Source: Tubulanus polymorphus
Lineage: Eukaryota > Animalia > Nemertea
DNA: 64,000 nucleotides
Assembly (NCBI RefSeq): GCF_964204645.1
Contig: NC_134025.1
Coordinates: 13,144,001 to 13,208,000, forward strand
Reading direction: 5' to 3'
Shown: piece after piece, positions 23,801 through 38,800 of the stretch
Layout of the letters: every line of letters starts with the position of its first letter
Numbering within the stretch: the stretch's first letter is position 1
The notes under the pieces: model-generated
What the model saw: the letters and a program-made list of their open reading frames with translations, nothing else
Told to the model about the DNA's origin: nothing
The model's database searches: none
Made by a program: the position numbers and the translations under genes

Positions 23801-26800
23801 AAAATCCTGAATAATATAATTCCGGGCATTTAAGGGCAAATTTCGGGAAGATATGGGGGTGGGCCCTACCAATGTAATGTTGCTTCCGACGGCCTGGATG
23901 TTATTTGCCAAAATCAGCACTTTTTACACATTTGTGAAGGTTTCAAGGGGAATTTTTAAAACGCGTGGATCAATTATCTTGATCTTTCACATATGTTTGT
24001 ATCCCCTCGTGATGCATCGGCATGAGAAATATTGGGTCGATCGCACGATGGCTGTCCTGTGACCTTTTTTGTGTCCAAAAAGGTAGTTTTGCTCTGAATT
24101 TGTGACCTTAAGCTTACAAATGGTTTGCCATTTTTCATTGAAATTCGTGATGGTTATATTTTGAGAAGGGCTCTCAAACATATCAGACAGATTCTTTGAT
24201 CAGTCAAGCATGACGTAATTGGCAGTCATCTTAGTGTCATCACTCCTCAACTGTCGATGGAAAGAGGATACCCAGGCATATTTTGTAAACACAATGAATT
24301 GCAAAATATTGTAGCTTATGACATGTTTGTGGTGGATTTCAATATCATTGGTTTTTGTATATGGTCACAAGGGGGCGTTGAATGACGAAACTTGCTCTTG
24401 TTTCATGCGTCGTTAGTTGGGGATTGAATTCTGGCAATACTGGTCTGCAAAATTCTAGAATCATACTGTTTAGGCAAGTCTAAAGTAGATATGTATAGCA
24501 AATTTTGGTGATTTTCATAGCACGATAACACGGCACCAATTCTTGTCAGTCAAATCAGCTGATAGACTGGTTGCCAGCAACTAGTCTAATCTGCTGATTC
24601 GATTTAATCTTATTGCTGGAAATAATGAGATGATTCAATTCAATTCTTTATTGACACTGATCATAAATTTCACAACAATGACTGGGACTGTCCTATTGAG
24701 ATATTTCTTTCTTGTTGGAAGTTTATGTGGGAAATTTTGAAGACACTTCCACCCGCGTTGACCTTATACCACCAGCTATCTATCTTGCCTGAAGGTTTAT
24801 ACAATATTAGGACAACTCGATCCTAATTTTTAGGCCAGCCGTAGGTTGAGCCTATTACCAAACAAATGGAGCGAATTTAAATGACATGGTTTCCAGAGCT
24901 AAGGCCCATTGACTGTGCAACTGAGCATATATTCATACAAATCATTCATTAGAGGTGTCCCAGGAAGCCTCGTTTATCCATTCTCCAACCCCTATGAAGC
25001 TGAATTTTGAAAGAGAAAAATATCTGTTTTAAAAAGCCAACCAGAAAGCAAAGACTCCTCTATGATTGGCTTAGCCGCAGAGATCAGCAGGTGTTCCAGT
25101 GAACCCGCGGTATCGTCTACCGTCTTACTTCCGGGTTTTATTTTATGACCTAAAATTGTATTTCAATATCGATTTCTGTGAAATCTTTAGTTGATTTGTT
25201 TTTTTGGGAGGAATATCTTTATTTGCACTACAGAAAATATCATTGACAATTGTGCAAAGTCCGAGAAAAATAGCTTTGTCTCAAATCGGATGGATGACCT
25301 TCATATGCTAATTAACCATTTACTCAAACTGCAAATTCAATCAAATTTTATTCTGCAGAAAAAAAATATCAAATCCAATTCAATTTTACTTTATTGAACA
25401 AGGTAAAACTGCAAATCCAATTCAATTTTGTTTTTGCCTGGGATTGACTAGTCTGAGCTGGGCTGTGTATTGTGACAAATTTAACCCACAGAATGCATCA
25501 TTTGCCATTTTATGAAAAGCTGACAGGCTGGCCATAGTGCCCCTTGGGGCTCTTGTTAGAATTTGTCAATGACCTTTTATCTAGAATTAGCATCAAGAGG
25601 GCCAAGCATGATAACCAGTTAGGCATGGTGTCCCAGGAAGCTTCATTTATTCTCTTCTCTCTAAGGAAAACTAAATAATTTTGTGACTGTATCCAGGAGT
25701 CACTCTGATAAGACTCTTATCACATGTGACATTTTATTGTGGATTCAAATTTTTCCACTCCATTGGATCCAGTAGCTTGTATTCTGATGAAACAGGACCC
25801 AGTTCCAGTTGTGAATGAAAATTTGACTCTTAGAGATTATCACGGTACCGGTAATTGAAAAGGAATAACTCATTTCAACCCTTGGTTAAATCCTTCAACT
25901 GTGGAAGTGGGTCTGGTCTTGTAGATTATGTATCTTCACTACGGGTACCTAATAATGTTTTGTCATTTTTAATTATAAAGGTGAAAAGCCAGATCCTACG
26001 AAAGTATTCCAAGTCACCAGTAATGAGTCGATTTCAGTGTGCCAATCGAATCATCCTGGTATGGAGGTGAATAATTTAATAAACACTTCACAGCATATTA
26101 CTGGATCAGGAATCATACCCACTGATGGAGCATTGGTAAGTGTCATCATTTGACTGCAGATTGATGAATCAAACAGATTTCAGACAAATCAAGATACAAA
26201 ATTTACTTTCAGTACTTACAATTTATTAGTCACTATTGTTGAATGACCACAAACAGATGGTAGAATTGAAATTTTGGTGTTTATAGTAGCCCCTATGCAC
26301 CCATCAATCGATTGGATGAACCCCTTCCTCCTAGCTCATCCAGTCGATTTTACATGAAATAGTAGAGGCGGTCCACACGATCACAAACCTATATCACAGT
26401 CCTTGGCTATCCTTGTCCACTCACCTACATTTGATGTGTTTCGAATGAGATAGTGGTGCACTCCACCTTGACTCTGCCAATGCTTTTGAATTGTGAAATT
26501 AATAGAAATAGTAATAATTTGCATTTGGATAGCGCAATATCTCGTAAGGACAGGATAAATAAAGCAACAGTGCTGAGTGATTTATGTTTATCTATTTACT
26601 GTTACCACGCACATTGTGTCAAAAATGTGCCTCTGATAATGCACGACCTAGTGAAGAAAACTGCATCAAATCCAATTCAATTTTATTTCACATTCAAATC
26701 AATGAGACAAAAGAAAAATATTGATCTCAACTACTTGTTCTTGCCATCTCCCTGTCTGTACTACTTGTAATGTGTAAATTATATCGAAATAGCAAGTGTA

Positions 26801-29800
26801 TTTTGAGCCACAATTTGGTTGCATCATTCGTGAAGTGCAAATATTGCAGGCTGGCCATGGTGCCCCCTGGGGCTCTTGTTGATTATGGGCTGGTGTAATT
26901 CGAGAAGGATACAAGACATTGCCTTACCACAATGGTGCGACCAAAATATATCCAATCCATTAGGTTCAAATCCTGATATTCAGATTGTACAATTGTAATT
27001 CGACAAGGATACAAGATGTTGCCTCACCACAATAGTGCGACCAAAATGTATCCAATCTATTAGGTTCAAATCCTGATATTCAGATTGTTGAGCATTTCAG
27101 ACCACTCTCCAAAATACATTGTGTCCCAGCTGGTTTAATCATCTTCATTTTTAATGTGAATGGCGCATCTATATGCAGAAAACCTTTGCACCTTTTATTT
27201 TATAGTCAAGATTTTGTTTCTGAAAGCCAACTGAAATTGTTAATTTTGTTTAAATTGAATTTTTCAGGATGTAACACCAATAACCCATTTATCGCCAGTC
27301 ACTGTTGCGCAAACTCCTGACAATGCAGGGTCAGCACCAGCTACGGTGAATGTTGAGTCGTCGCCTGCATTATTTCAAACACCTGATCTACAGCCAACCA
27401 TTCAGACACACTTAAACTTTGGCACAATGGCACCATCCAGAAACAAACGTGTCATTCCGAGAGGTGCAGGTCGAAGTCTGCTTGGTGGTGTCGCATCTTT
27501 AAGTCCGCTTACACCAAGGTTAGAATATTTTAGATTACCTAATTGTAAAGATTATCTATTTATTTACGGATATCTCTGCGTAAGTAGTACTATTCTGATA
27601 TTGAGGAGGAAAATACGCATGTAAACAAACATTCTGTAGACCAACCCAAAATCATCCTGTTTATGAGAAATCTAGATTAAACGTGATATTTCACATAATT
27701 TTACATCTTGTTTTGCCCATTAGTACTCAGGAATTGCACTATGTAGTGTCAATTACTCCTCAGTTCATCATGAAACCGAATAGCTCACTTGATGTTTATT
27801 TCCATGCATTACAAGTTCGAAATACTCGAGAAATTGAAATAAGAGGATGTTGATTTCTGTTTGGTATTTCGAGGACTTAGGTGTAGGTTATCATAAGCTA
27901 TTGGGTTTGAATCCCACTATAACCATTTTCGTGCAGCATACGGAAAAAGTGCCAGAGCGGATTCGGGTGGCTTGAGGAGTAATTATTTTGTAATTATAAT
28001 AGATGAAGTTAATACATTCTTGCCATAATCAGTCTTTTTGTTCACCTCCTCTGGTTATCACCTTGTTTGCAATGGGTACATTGTCAGCCATTGTGAGGAT
28101 ACATTGGAGTTTGTTTACCAGCGAAGTAGAACCCAGCAATTCCACATGTGCTGGTTGGATTTTGACTTAAGGGTCAAAATATCAGATAATCATAACTAGG
28201 AAAACTTGGTCCAGATTGCCCCAGTGGAAGGATCAGTGAATAAGGTTAACAAACTTTTTGCCAGACTAAGACATGAAAATCAGAATTATTGTCTTTATTT
28301 ATTGATTTTATTGGTACTTTTCAGCATGCTTGTTTTCCATTTCAGTTTTGGAGTTTTGCCATTCTCTTTGGATACGCCGACACAAGGAGACACTCATATC
28401 AGTATGCCATCATTTATTACCCCATCTACACCGGCAGCACTTATTGACCCTGACCCGAAAGCTCCCATAAAAAAGGTTAGCATAAAAAAGTTCCCTTAGT
28501 ATTAGTTATCACTGTATTTACGGACAGAATAGATCCTACGATTTTGATCTTGCGTCGTGAGGGAAAAATGTGATTTACCTTGATCCAATACCTGACACAA
28601 ATCGTTATTAGATATCAATCTATCAACAGACGAAATAAATTGCATACTTGATCCGGTTTCATTAGATTTTGATCTTGCTTCATGTGGGAAAACCGTGATT
28701 TGGCTGGATCCAATACCTGGCAACGTGGCGTTAACTCTCAGCTCAAGTGGCCTTACAAATCAAATTTACTTAAACTCCAAATTAAACCGGAATTTTTTTG
28801 TTTGTTTTTTTTTTAGCCTATGACAAGACGCAGCCAACAAACCACTGCCAAGCCTCCGGTTTTTAGTCAGTCTGGAAATACAAATACACGTGATGTTACC
28901 ACACCTAGTCCACAAGCAAGGTATATCGTAGACTTGTATTCGAAGTCATCTTGATATGATATCAGGAATGATTTTGTGGCAACTGCATAAAGATGTATTT
29001 ACAAGTACTTGAATATTTATTTTGTTGGCAGTTTACAAAGTAATGTTCCAGTTGTGCGGCGTAGTTCAAGACTCTACAGCAGTGCCAATTCTGTGAAAGA
29101 AAACAACAAAAGCCAAAGCACCAAAACCCGGTTCGCCAGTCCGCGTGTACCCTCAAAAAAATCTAAGTCAAAACTGAGTAAATCGCAGCAAGAATTGAAT
29201 GAGATCAACAAACTGGAGGCAACACCTGATACAAAACCAGCTACAATAGCCAGTGCACAAGCCCAGATGGTTCAGATGCAGAAACAATCGGCAGGTAAGT
29301 TTACAAGGCTGGTTCTTAGTCTTTTTTAGCCCATCTAGGACTTGAGTCCTAGCCATCTATTGCATTCGCTCTGTCCATCCTTCGTCCATTGGTTTGTAGA
29401 TGGAATCTAGTCATTTCCAATTTCTATGATATCTTCAGCAGTTGATTTGGTTTTTGGGAGAAATTTTCATTTGCACTACAGAAAATTTATCTTCGACTTG
29501 TGCAGGGGCCAGGAAAAAATAGCTTGATCTCAAATTGGCACTGGGCATGGATAACCTTGATATGCTTATTAGGGTTTTCTGTTACATCACAGAAAACCCT
29601 ATTGATATTCGCGTGTTTATTATCATTATTTGACAACTTCGTCAAAACTGCAAAGGCTTTCTTACCTTATCGCTGTTTCCGATACAATCCGTTTTATTTC
29701 ATTTAGCTCACTTCGATCTACAGATACTGCATGGGAATTTCGATGAATCAACCTTACAAAAGCACTGTCGGGCCGTAAACTTCGAAAATTTAGCCCAATT

Positions 29801-32800
29801 CAATGAGGCGGCATATTTTTCTGTGTCCTCATCCTGAAATCCACCGCAGGCTGCTCGTCACTTCCATTATCAATTCTAGTATAAATAAACAAGTTTATTG
29901 CCGCAAGACTTCACTCTCAGTCGCGGTCTTCAAACACTAATTTTAACAATTACCTATTTTCTTCATCGTTACACTTTACCGATCCACGAGATATTTACTA
30001 CTCTAAATGTTATACGCACTGTCGAGCTGTAAAGATCGATAAATCAACGTGAGTCTTTTCGTCGTTGTTCCGTGGATCCGCTGCAAGTTCTCCTTGCCAT
30101 GAGAATCAAATCAAGTACAAATAAATTTATTACTCCCAGTGATTTGACCGCAGGCTTCAAACAGTTAGTCAAACAGTATTCTAATTACCTTTGACAAATT
30201 TGCTGGATATTTACTACGATGAATCATTTAAGTACCGGCGCCAGCCGTAGGCCGAAACTAAACACGCCCAACGGATGCAGCGGAGAAAAGCTGTAGTGTT
30301 GACGAGGTATCAAAATAAATGAATTTATAACTACCAGTGATACGGCCGCGGACCATATATCAATATTCTTTTTGTTCTACATACATACCGATTTTACCAA
30401 ATCCACAGGTCATTAACTAAATACCTGTATATAACACATTCTTATCGTAAGCTGAACTCACACTTGCTATTCGGATTCAGTGTTTCCAATACCGCGGGTG
30501 ATAGAAGATCGTTTCTAGGCCGCTTGAAGTGTTTATTGAGGTCCTACGCGTCCTTTGAGCCGACGTGCTTTACTCTTTCAAACAAACACAATATCATTGT
30601 TGCGTTTATAAACGGACACATGGATTGAACTTCAAACAAAATTTGCAATAGAAAATCCGGCAAGATTGCTAAGACACGTAGTACAAAAGATTTGTTTCCT
30701 TATCCGAAGATAAAATTTATTTTACATATTGAATACATGAGACCTAACCCTATTAAATAAAGGTGTAGGAATATGATGTTTAGGAGGGTTAAAGCGCAAT
30801 AGGCCTAATAGCCTCTGTCCGGAGGCTAAAATGCTAAAATGAAGATTTCTTTTGAAAAGCTGTTAGCATTCGTCTGAGCAAGCTTTATAAACCAAAGTTT
30901 TTCATTTGAAATTTTTCATCATTAGTGAAACTTGTATTTTATAAATTCCTGATGACTTTAGTTACTACAAAGCCCTGGATGACAAGATCTCTTTTTCGTT
31001 CGAACAAATTTTTGTGTCAGGACTTTTTGTGTCGACAAAATTGATTTCGTTCAAACAAACTTTTTTTGAAAAATTCGAAAAGCTTTTCGTTCGAACAAAA
31101 AATATGTTGTTCGATCGAACAGAATTGTTTTCATTCGAATTTTTTTCTCTCAACAATTTTTTATGTCGGGACAAAAAGTTTTTCATTCGAACAATAACAT
31201 AGCTTTTTATTCAAATTTTTTATATCACAACGAAAGGTTTTCCGTTCGAACAATAAGTAGGCCTCTATAATTTGATCGAACAGAATTGTTATTATTCGAA
31301 AAAAAATGTTCTTTCTCAGGACAAAAATTTTTTCGTTCGAAGCAAAAATATTTTGTTTGATCGAACAAAATGGATTCCGTTCAACATATTTTGTCGGGAC
31401 AAAAAGTTTTTCGTTCGAACGAAAGGTATATGGTTTGATCGAAAAGAATTGTTTTCATTCAAACTAAATTTTCTTGTCAGAACATTAAGTTTTTTGTTCA
31501 TAATGAGTAATCATCATTCGATCAAAATAATCTTCTCACTTGAACACAAAGGTATAATATGCCACTGGGTTTTCTTTGTATCCAATATCCATATTATACC
31601 TTAGATCTACTTATTTCCAAGAATAGACAGTTCTGTTGATTTCGGCCTCCTGTTTTCGATCGGAGAAACAACTGAGCCATTTAAGCGACCCATCATTGAT
31701 ACCATTTCCTAGAGGCTTGTTTAGTAATCGCTGATGAAGTGCCTTATCAAATGCTTAATCCATAAAGACTAAATAAGGCCTAACAATCGATTTTCCAGAG
31801 TCAAGTAACCATCTGGTCCATCCATGGTTACAAGTAAGACTGTTTGACTGTTTATAGACCTTCATTTTATAAAACGGTGTTGACTGTTGAACAGGATTCT
31901 AAATTCCCTTCACTTTCATAGCCTGGTGGGGGCCTTCATCCTAGTCAGTGTTCGACGCGAACAAGCCTGTGCAGAAAACCCATTATCGCTGCTTTGCAGC
32001 TATATTTAGCAATGTGCTTGTATTGTAAATTCAATCAAATTTTAATCAAGAAAGCATCAAATCCAAAATAACATCAAATCCAATTCAATTTATTCCGCAT
32101 TCGGCCGATGAGCCAAAGAGAAAAATTTGATCATACGTAGGTATTTGTTCCTGCAATCTCCCTGTCAGTGTAACTTTCATAAACATGAAAGTACTGTCTA
32201 AATTATATTGAAGTGCAAAGTGTATTTTGTCATATATAACCCAAATATTGCATCATTCATGAAAAGCAGATAATACAGGCTGGCACTAGTGCTCCTTGGT
32301 GCTCTTATGTATATATGCTGTGCATATTTTGTAACGAAAATTGATCACAAATTCTTGCTCATGACATGTTCTATGATTATGCTGAGTTTCAAGGTCATTA
32401 ATTTCTGTATTTGTTCACTAGGGGATGTTGAATATTGAATTGTCAGATTTTCAAGCATTTAAATAAATGGTCCCTGGTCCCTTAGTTCATTTCATATGAT
32501 TGTTTTCTAATTGTAGTTGGTCTTATGGCACTCTTACGAGATATTGGTAAAGCGTATTTATGCCTTGCGCAGTATGACTGTAAGAAAGCTGTTCAACTGC
32601 TGTCAGAGCTTCCACCTCAACATTATAACACAGGATGGGTTCTTTGTCACATTGGACGTGCATTCTTTGAAGTGGCAGAATACAAAAAGGTACAGCTATG
32701 CTTATCACATAAATGAAAATATGACAATTAGGCCTATGCAATTTTCATTTCTTATCCATATTATGCTATTACGGCTATGATAAACATGTACTATGATTGT

Positions 32801-35800
32801 GGTGAATTTCGAGGCCATTGGTTAGAGGGAGACATCTTCCAAATGGTAGCAATATTGCTGATGATGATTTCATTTTGTAATGATTTTCTTATGATTCTCT
32901 TTTGTTATGATTTCTAAATCTAATGCCTGCTTGTAATTATTTGGCCAGCTGTGGGCTGCGCCTATTACTATACAAATGGAGCATATTTAGATGACATGGT
33001 TTCCAGATAAGAGGCTTTTTTCACGATGTAACTGAGCATATTTTCATACAAAGCATGTATTCAAGCGTTATCTATTCTCCAATTCCTAGGAAGCTTAATG
33101 TTGAAAAAGGGCCTTTTTAAAATTTACAGGAGGTTTTTCGCGGAAATCTGAATGCTAAAATACCAGTTTTAAATAGTTTTAAACTCCTTTATAATTTGCA
33201 CAACCGAAGATAGGCCTATATCATTCACAATTTCGCAAGATTCGGGGAAAAATAGACATCTTTCTCATATCAGATGGATGACCTTGATATGCAAATTAGC
33301 CTTATGCTCGAATTGCAAATTCAATCAAATCTTATTTTGCAAAGAAATATCAAATCCAAGTCAATTTTACTTTATTGAACAGAATTGCATCAAATCCAGT
33401 TAAATTTTATTGCGCATTCAAATTTATTAGATGAATGGAAAAGATTGATCTGAGGTATTCGTTCCTACCATCTCATTGTTGGTGTTAGTACTGTTACTTA
33501 TAAAACACAAGTGTACTGTGTAAATAATTTTGGGCAGGGAGTATTTTGACAATTATAACCCACAGATTGCATCATTTATGAAAAGCGAATGTAGTAGCAG
33601 GCTGCCCATAGTGCCTCTTATTCACATTTTAAACTATGCCTTCTCAAAGTTATTTAGGACCAAAGTCACATCAACATGAAACACCCCACCAAATAACTGA
33701 TATGTCCTCCAAAAAACCTCAAAAGAATTTTTTATAGATATGCAGATATATATGTTCACCAACGGGGTATCGAATATTGAAATAATCTAGTATTTCCATT
33801 GTATTGGTACTACGCATATTTTGTGGCAAGAACCAAGAGCTGCGATTTACCGTACCAGAGTCATATCATGCCTCTCATTATCATGCCTAATAACTATGAG
33901 ACTGTATAAAAATCACTTGTTACTAAAATGCTGTCGAACCGATGTTGTGGTAAGCAATGTGAGTCACTACCAGAACCAGAAATTTTTCACATTTACATAA
34001 AATCATTCGACATGGGCGCTATGGTCAGACCAAATTTGGCCCCTTACAAACAGGCACTGACCCTTAGCATCATTGTTAATGGTTGGCCTGGGTTTAAAAC
34101 TACCTGTGTGATCGCAGCTGTGGCTTCATCAATAATTAAAACCAGGGTCCTTGTATGTTGATCTATTATCTTGTGTTGTAGTAGAAATTTTATTATAAAC
34201 TGTTAGAAAATTGAATATTTTCTCACTTAACCACTCTAGGCTGAAAAACTTTTCTCTGAAGTCAGGCATCTTGAACCATATCATTTTGCTGGAATGGAAA
34301 TATATAGCACAACTTTATGGCAGTTGGAAAAAGAGATGGAACTCTCAGCGTTAGCTCAAGAACTAGTTGACTTCGATAAAGAGAGTCCAGAGGTAAGTGT
34401 TATTGGCTAGCACACTATGCGCTACATGAATAATGAGTGGTGGTTATGTGTCAAACAATACCAGGTTTTAGGACAAGTACAGAATTGATATTGTAAATGG
34501 AAGCTGAAGTTTTCAATCATTTTAGAAACACATGTTCAACAACAAGCCTCTTTACAGTTGCTCTACCCTGAACAACCCACATATTGTGCCAAGCTGTAAT
34601 ATGTCATGCATAACGAACCAAAATTCCGAACATGAGCTCCTCTACTGACAGGGCAGACCATTGTATCAATATGCTGATATTTTCTTTTCAAAATTACGTT
34701 ATGATTTGATATTTATATATTAATACGAAACTATGTACCAAATAGTGTCGCCGTGGAGAAGAATTGGGCCTTGAAATTTTGTGTGGTAGTCAATCATTGT
34801 ATAAACTAATGCAACGGGTATAAACGGGTGTGAAAATATTTATAGAGGGGCCAAATGGAGGCAGACAAAATTTCAGCCAATCAGTAAGCAGGAATTCTAA
34901 TTATAGACTCTTACTGCATCAAAACAATTCTACATACACGATCATTAAGCAGTCACAATGGCCCAGTTAGTAGAGCACAAAACTTGCACCTGATGGGTCA
35001 GGTGTGCGAGTCTGCGTAGCTCCGTACATATTTTGTTTACCTCCAATAGTTCCCGGTCCCCACAGGTACAGGTCATCAAAGCTCATAGGGTCTACACGAT
35101 AGATGTTAAATGGCCCGACTTAATTCCATTGCGAATAAATTGAACAGTTTGAAGTTCTGAGTCAAAGGAAATCACCAGTGGAAATGTATTACTCTAAAAG
35201 ATTTTCTAATGGTAATTTTCTTATTGGCTTCGCTCATACTAAAGTCCATATTGTCAGCTTACAAAAGCATTGTTCTTTCTCTTCAATTACAATACCGTAA
35301 CAAGGAAAAGGTGTCTATTTATTACTATACAAATGGAGCGAATTTAGATGCTATTGTTTCCAGATGAAAGGCTTTTTCACCGTGCAACTGAGCATGTATT
35401 CATACAAAATCATGCATTCAACCGTTATCCATTCTCCAATCCCTAGGAAGCCGAATTTTGAAAAAGGGCCTCGTTGAAATTTACAGGTTTTTCGCGAAAA
35501 TCTTAACTCAAAACATATCAGTTTTAAAAGGCCAATCAGAAAGCAGTCTCCTCTATGATTGGCTTAACCGTAGCAAACAGTAGGTGTTTATTTGAACCCG
35601 CGGTATCGTCTACTGTTTTACTTCCGGGTTTTATTTTAAGATTTGAAGTTGTATCTCAAGGATGTTTCCTGTGACATCACAAGTTGATTTAGTTTTCTGG
35701 AGGAATTTTTATTTGCACTACTGAAAATTCATCCTTGACTATTGCACATGGTTCAGGAAAAACAGCTCTCTCAAATCAGATGGATGACCTTAATATGCAA

Positions 35801-38800
35801 ATTAGCCATGTGCTCAAATCGCTAATTCAATCAAATTTTATTCTGCAAAAATATCAAATCCAATTCATATGAGTGTTCATATCGAAGCTATAATCAGTGC
35901 TGCATGGAAAATCTGAAGTTGTGTACTGCCTTGTGATGTGTTAAACATTGAACATCTCTCCAAAAACCATTTCTGGAAAACTTCAGCAACCTATTTGTCG
36001 CCTATCAAATTATCCAAGCTTTAAAGTAATCGCTAGAAACTCTGGATACAAATCAGTTTATGTATCGATTATAAACGGTTTCTGTAGTCAGGGGCAGTCC
36101 GTGTCAAGTATTTTCAAACTTGTTTTGTACTGCAACCATCATGAATTCACCTGAAAACTTAAGATTCGATGCTATTTACGGATTGATTTCCTTCTGAATC
36201 AAATTATTACGTTTTGGCTGATGATTGGAAGAAACCTTGAGTTTACTAGACATTATCTAAAACAATTTTACACTTTATTTCTCGCTCCAGTTGTTAAGCT
36301 CCAGTTGTTAAACTCCAAACATTTGCTTCGGCTATTTACCGAAAGGTATCGATGTTGTAATACACATACATACATAGGACTACACAAACCATTCAGCTCT
36401 TTATCTAATTAGTTGTATCATAAGGAATTCATATCTTTTTTATACATTAAAAGGCTTGGTGTGCTACTGGAAATTGTTTTAGTCTGCAGAAAGAGCATGA
36501 CACAGCTATTAAATTCTTCCATCGCGCAATTCAAGTAAGTACATATGTCTTTCCATCATTGTATTGGCTGTCCATTTCATCAATAGGAGTATCTAACTAC
36601 TGTCTTCTTAGCATAAGAATATATCAGTGAGGTGGTTATGCAGTGTAATGAATGTATTGTTTCATATGGCGTTTGAATGAAAAAAAAATTTGAACAAATT
36701 CAATTTTATCTATCATGAATAATCAATAAAACTAAATTTTAATTAACTAATATTAAAATGGCAGTAATTTTGATCAGTCGTGTTTTCAGCTCATCACAGA
36801 TTGGTTATTGTGTGTTCGCATTACTTTGACCATCCCCCAAAGCAATAATGGTCTCTGATGGTCTCTTGTGAGACCATTATTAGGCCAGCCGTAGGCTGAG
36901 CCTATTACTATACAAATGGAGCGAATTTAAATGACATGGTTTCCACACAAAAGGCTCTTTTGCTTGCCAAGTGAGGGCATATTCGAACAAATCACGTATT
37001 TAAGCGTAATCCATTCTCGGAATCGTAGCGAGCAGAATTTTGAAATAGGGTCTCATAAAAATGTTTTCTGCTTTTTTCACGAAAGTTAAATCGGGAAAAT
37101 TTCAATTTTTATCAGCCAATCAGGAAGTTGTGTCTTCCCTGTGATTGGTTTATCTGAAAATATCAGCAGCTGTTCACGTGAATTATCGCGATTTCATTAC
37201 TGGCGCTTTTGCGCATGACGTCATGTATCAACACGCGACAATACTTCCGCGTTCGCTACGTGTTCGCTGATTGGCCCATTTACTGGGAAATTCCACAGAA
37301 GCCTAATGTGGTTTGTTACAAGCGCTGTGATTGGCCCGACCCGATTCTGGCATGGCTTTAGCTTAGTGGGTTCGAATCCCTTGACTCGTGAAGATGATGG
37401 ATCCTATCAATATCTATTGAAACAAATAAGTTTCCCGGTTGGGCAGCCGCGGATATCTACCGGAAGTGTTCCGGTTCGATATTTCGAGGTTTCTTTGAAT
37501 TTTGGAGTGATATTGAAATCCGGTAAATACCAGCGGTAGATTGTGAAAACCCATTGCATGATATTTGTATTACTTAATCCACGAAAAGCGTCGGGGCCGC
37601 GCCAGGAGTTTTCGTGATTCAAGTAGCGCAATAGGCAATAGCCTACTTCTTCGTGTTCGTCCACCTCAATTTTCATTCCGCCGATCTCTGACACGGCTCT
37701 GTCCCCGTCGGCGCTGTGATTGCACTTTCGTACCACCAAAATTTTTTATTTCTATATCAGGGAGGTCTGGAGAATAAAAAAGTCAAAATTTGGATATCAC
37801 ATAGGCCTGATTTCATCGAATAAGTCGACCATGGTCATTACGTTTCCGTACTTATTACCACCTAAAACCGTCTGAACAATTTTGTCACAACCAACATTTC
37901 GTTTACAGAAATCAGGTGTTCACGTGAACCCGCGGTATCGTCTACTGTTTTACTTCCGGGTTTTATTTTAAGATTTAAAATTGTATTTCAAGATCGATTT
38001 CTATGAAATCTTTAGTTGATTTGGTGTTTGGGAGGAATTTTTATTTGCTCTACAGAAAATTCATCCTTGACAATTGCGCAAGGTTCGCGAAAAAAATGGT
38101 TTTACCAAATCGGGTGTATGACCTTGATATGCTAATTAGCCATGTGCCCATATTGCAAATTCAATCAAATTTTATTCTGCCAAAAAAATGTTAAATACAA
38201 TTCGCTTTCCGAGAGTTAATGGTATGCTGCATGGAACAAAGTTGTTTTGAGATGGGTCTTGAAGCTATTGAGGTCGAGAGATAACCATCTAGATAGTTCG
38301 TGAGAGTTCCAAAGTTTTGAAGAGGCTTCAAGGTAACGTCTTGATATTTGGTTTATACGTGTATCTACCCTAGACACATCTTCAGGCCAAAAACTGGCCC
38401 TGTCAGATTCAAGATGGCCGACTGGCAGCCATTGTTGTTCGCCAAAATCAGCACTTTTTACACATTTTTGAAGTTTTCGAGGGAAATTTTGAAGACACTT
38501 TTATCAATAACCTTGATAATTCGTATATATTTGTTTCCCCCGTGGGCCCATCGGCATGAGAAAAATTGGGTCGATCGGACTCAAGATGGCTGTACTGTGA
38601 CCTTTTTTGTTCCCAAAAATGTCAATTTTGGCCTGAATTCTGAGTACTGTAGCTTTCTAATGGTGTGCCATGTTTCATTGCAATTTGTAATGGGTATTCT
38701 TTGGAAAGGGATCTTTTATATCCGAGAGGGTATTTTTGACCAGGCAATTACGACGCACTTGGCGGCCATCTTGGAGTCATCAGTACTCATTCGTAGGTGG

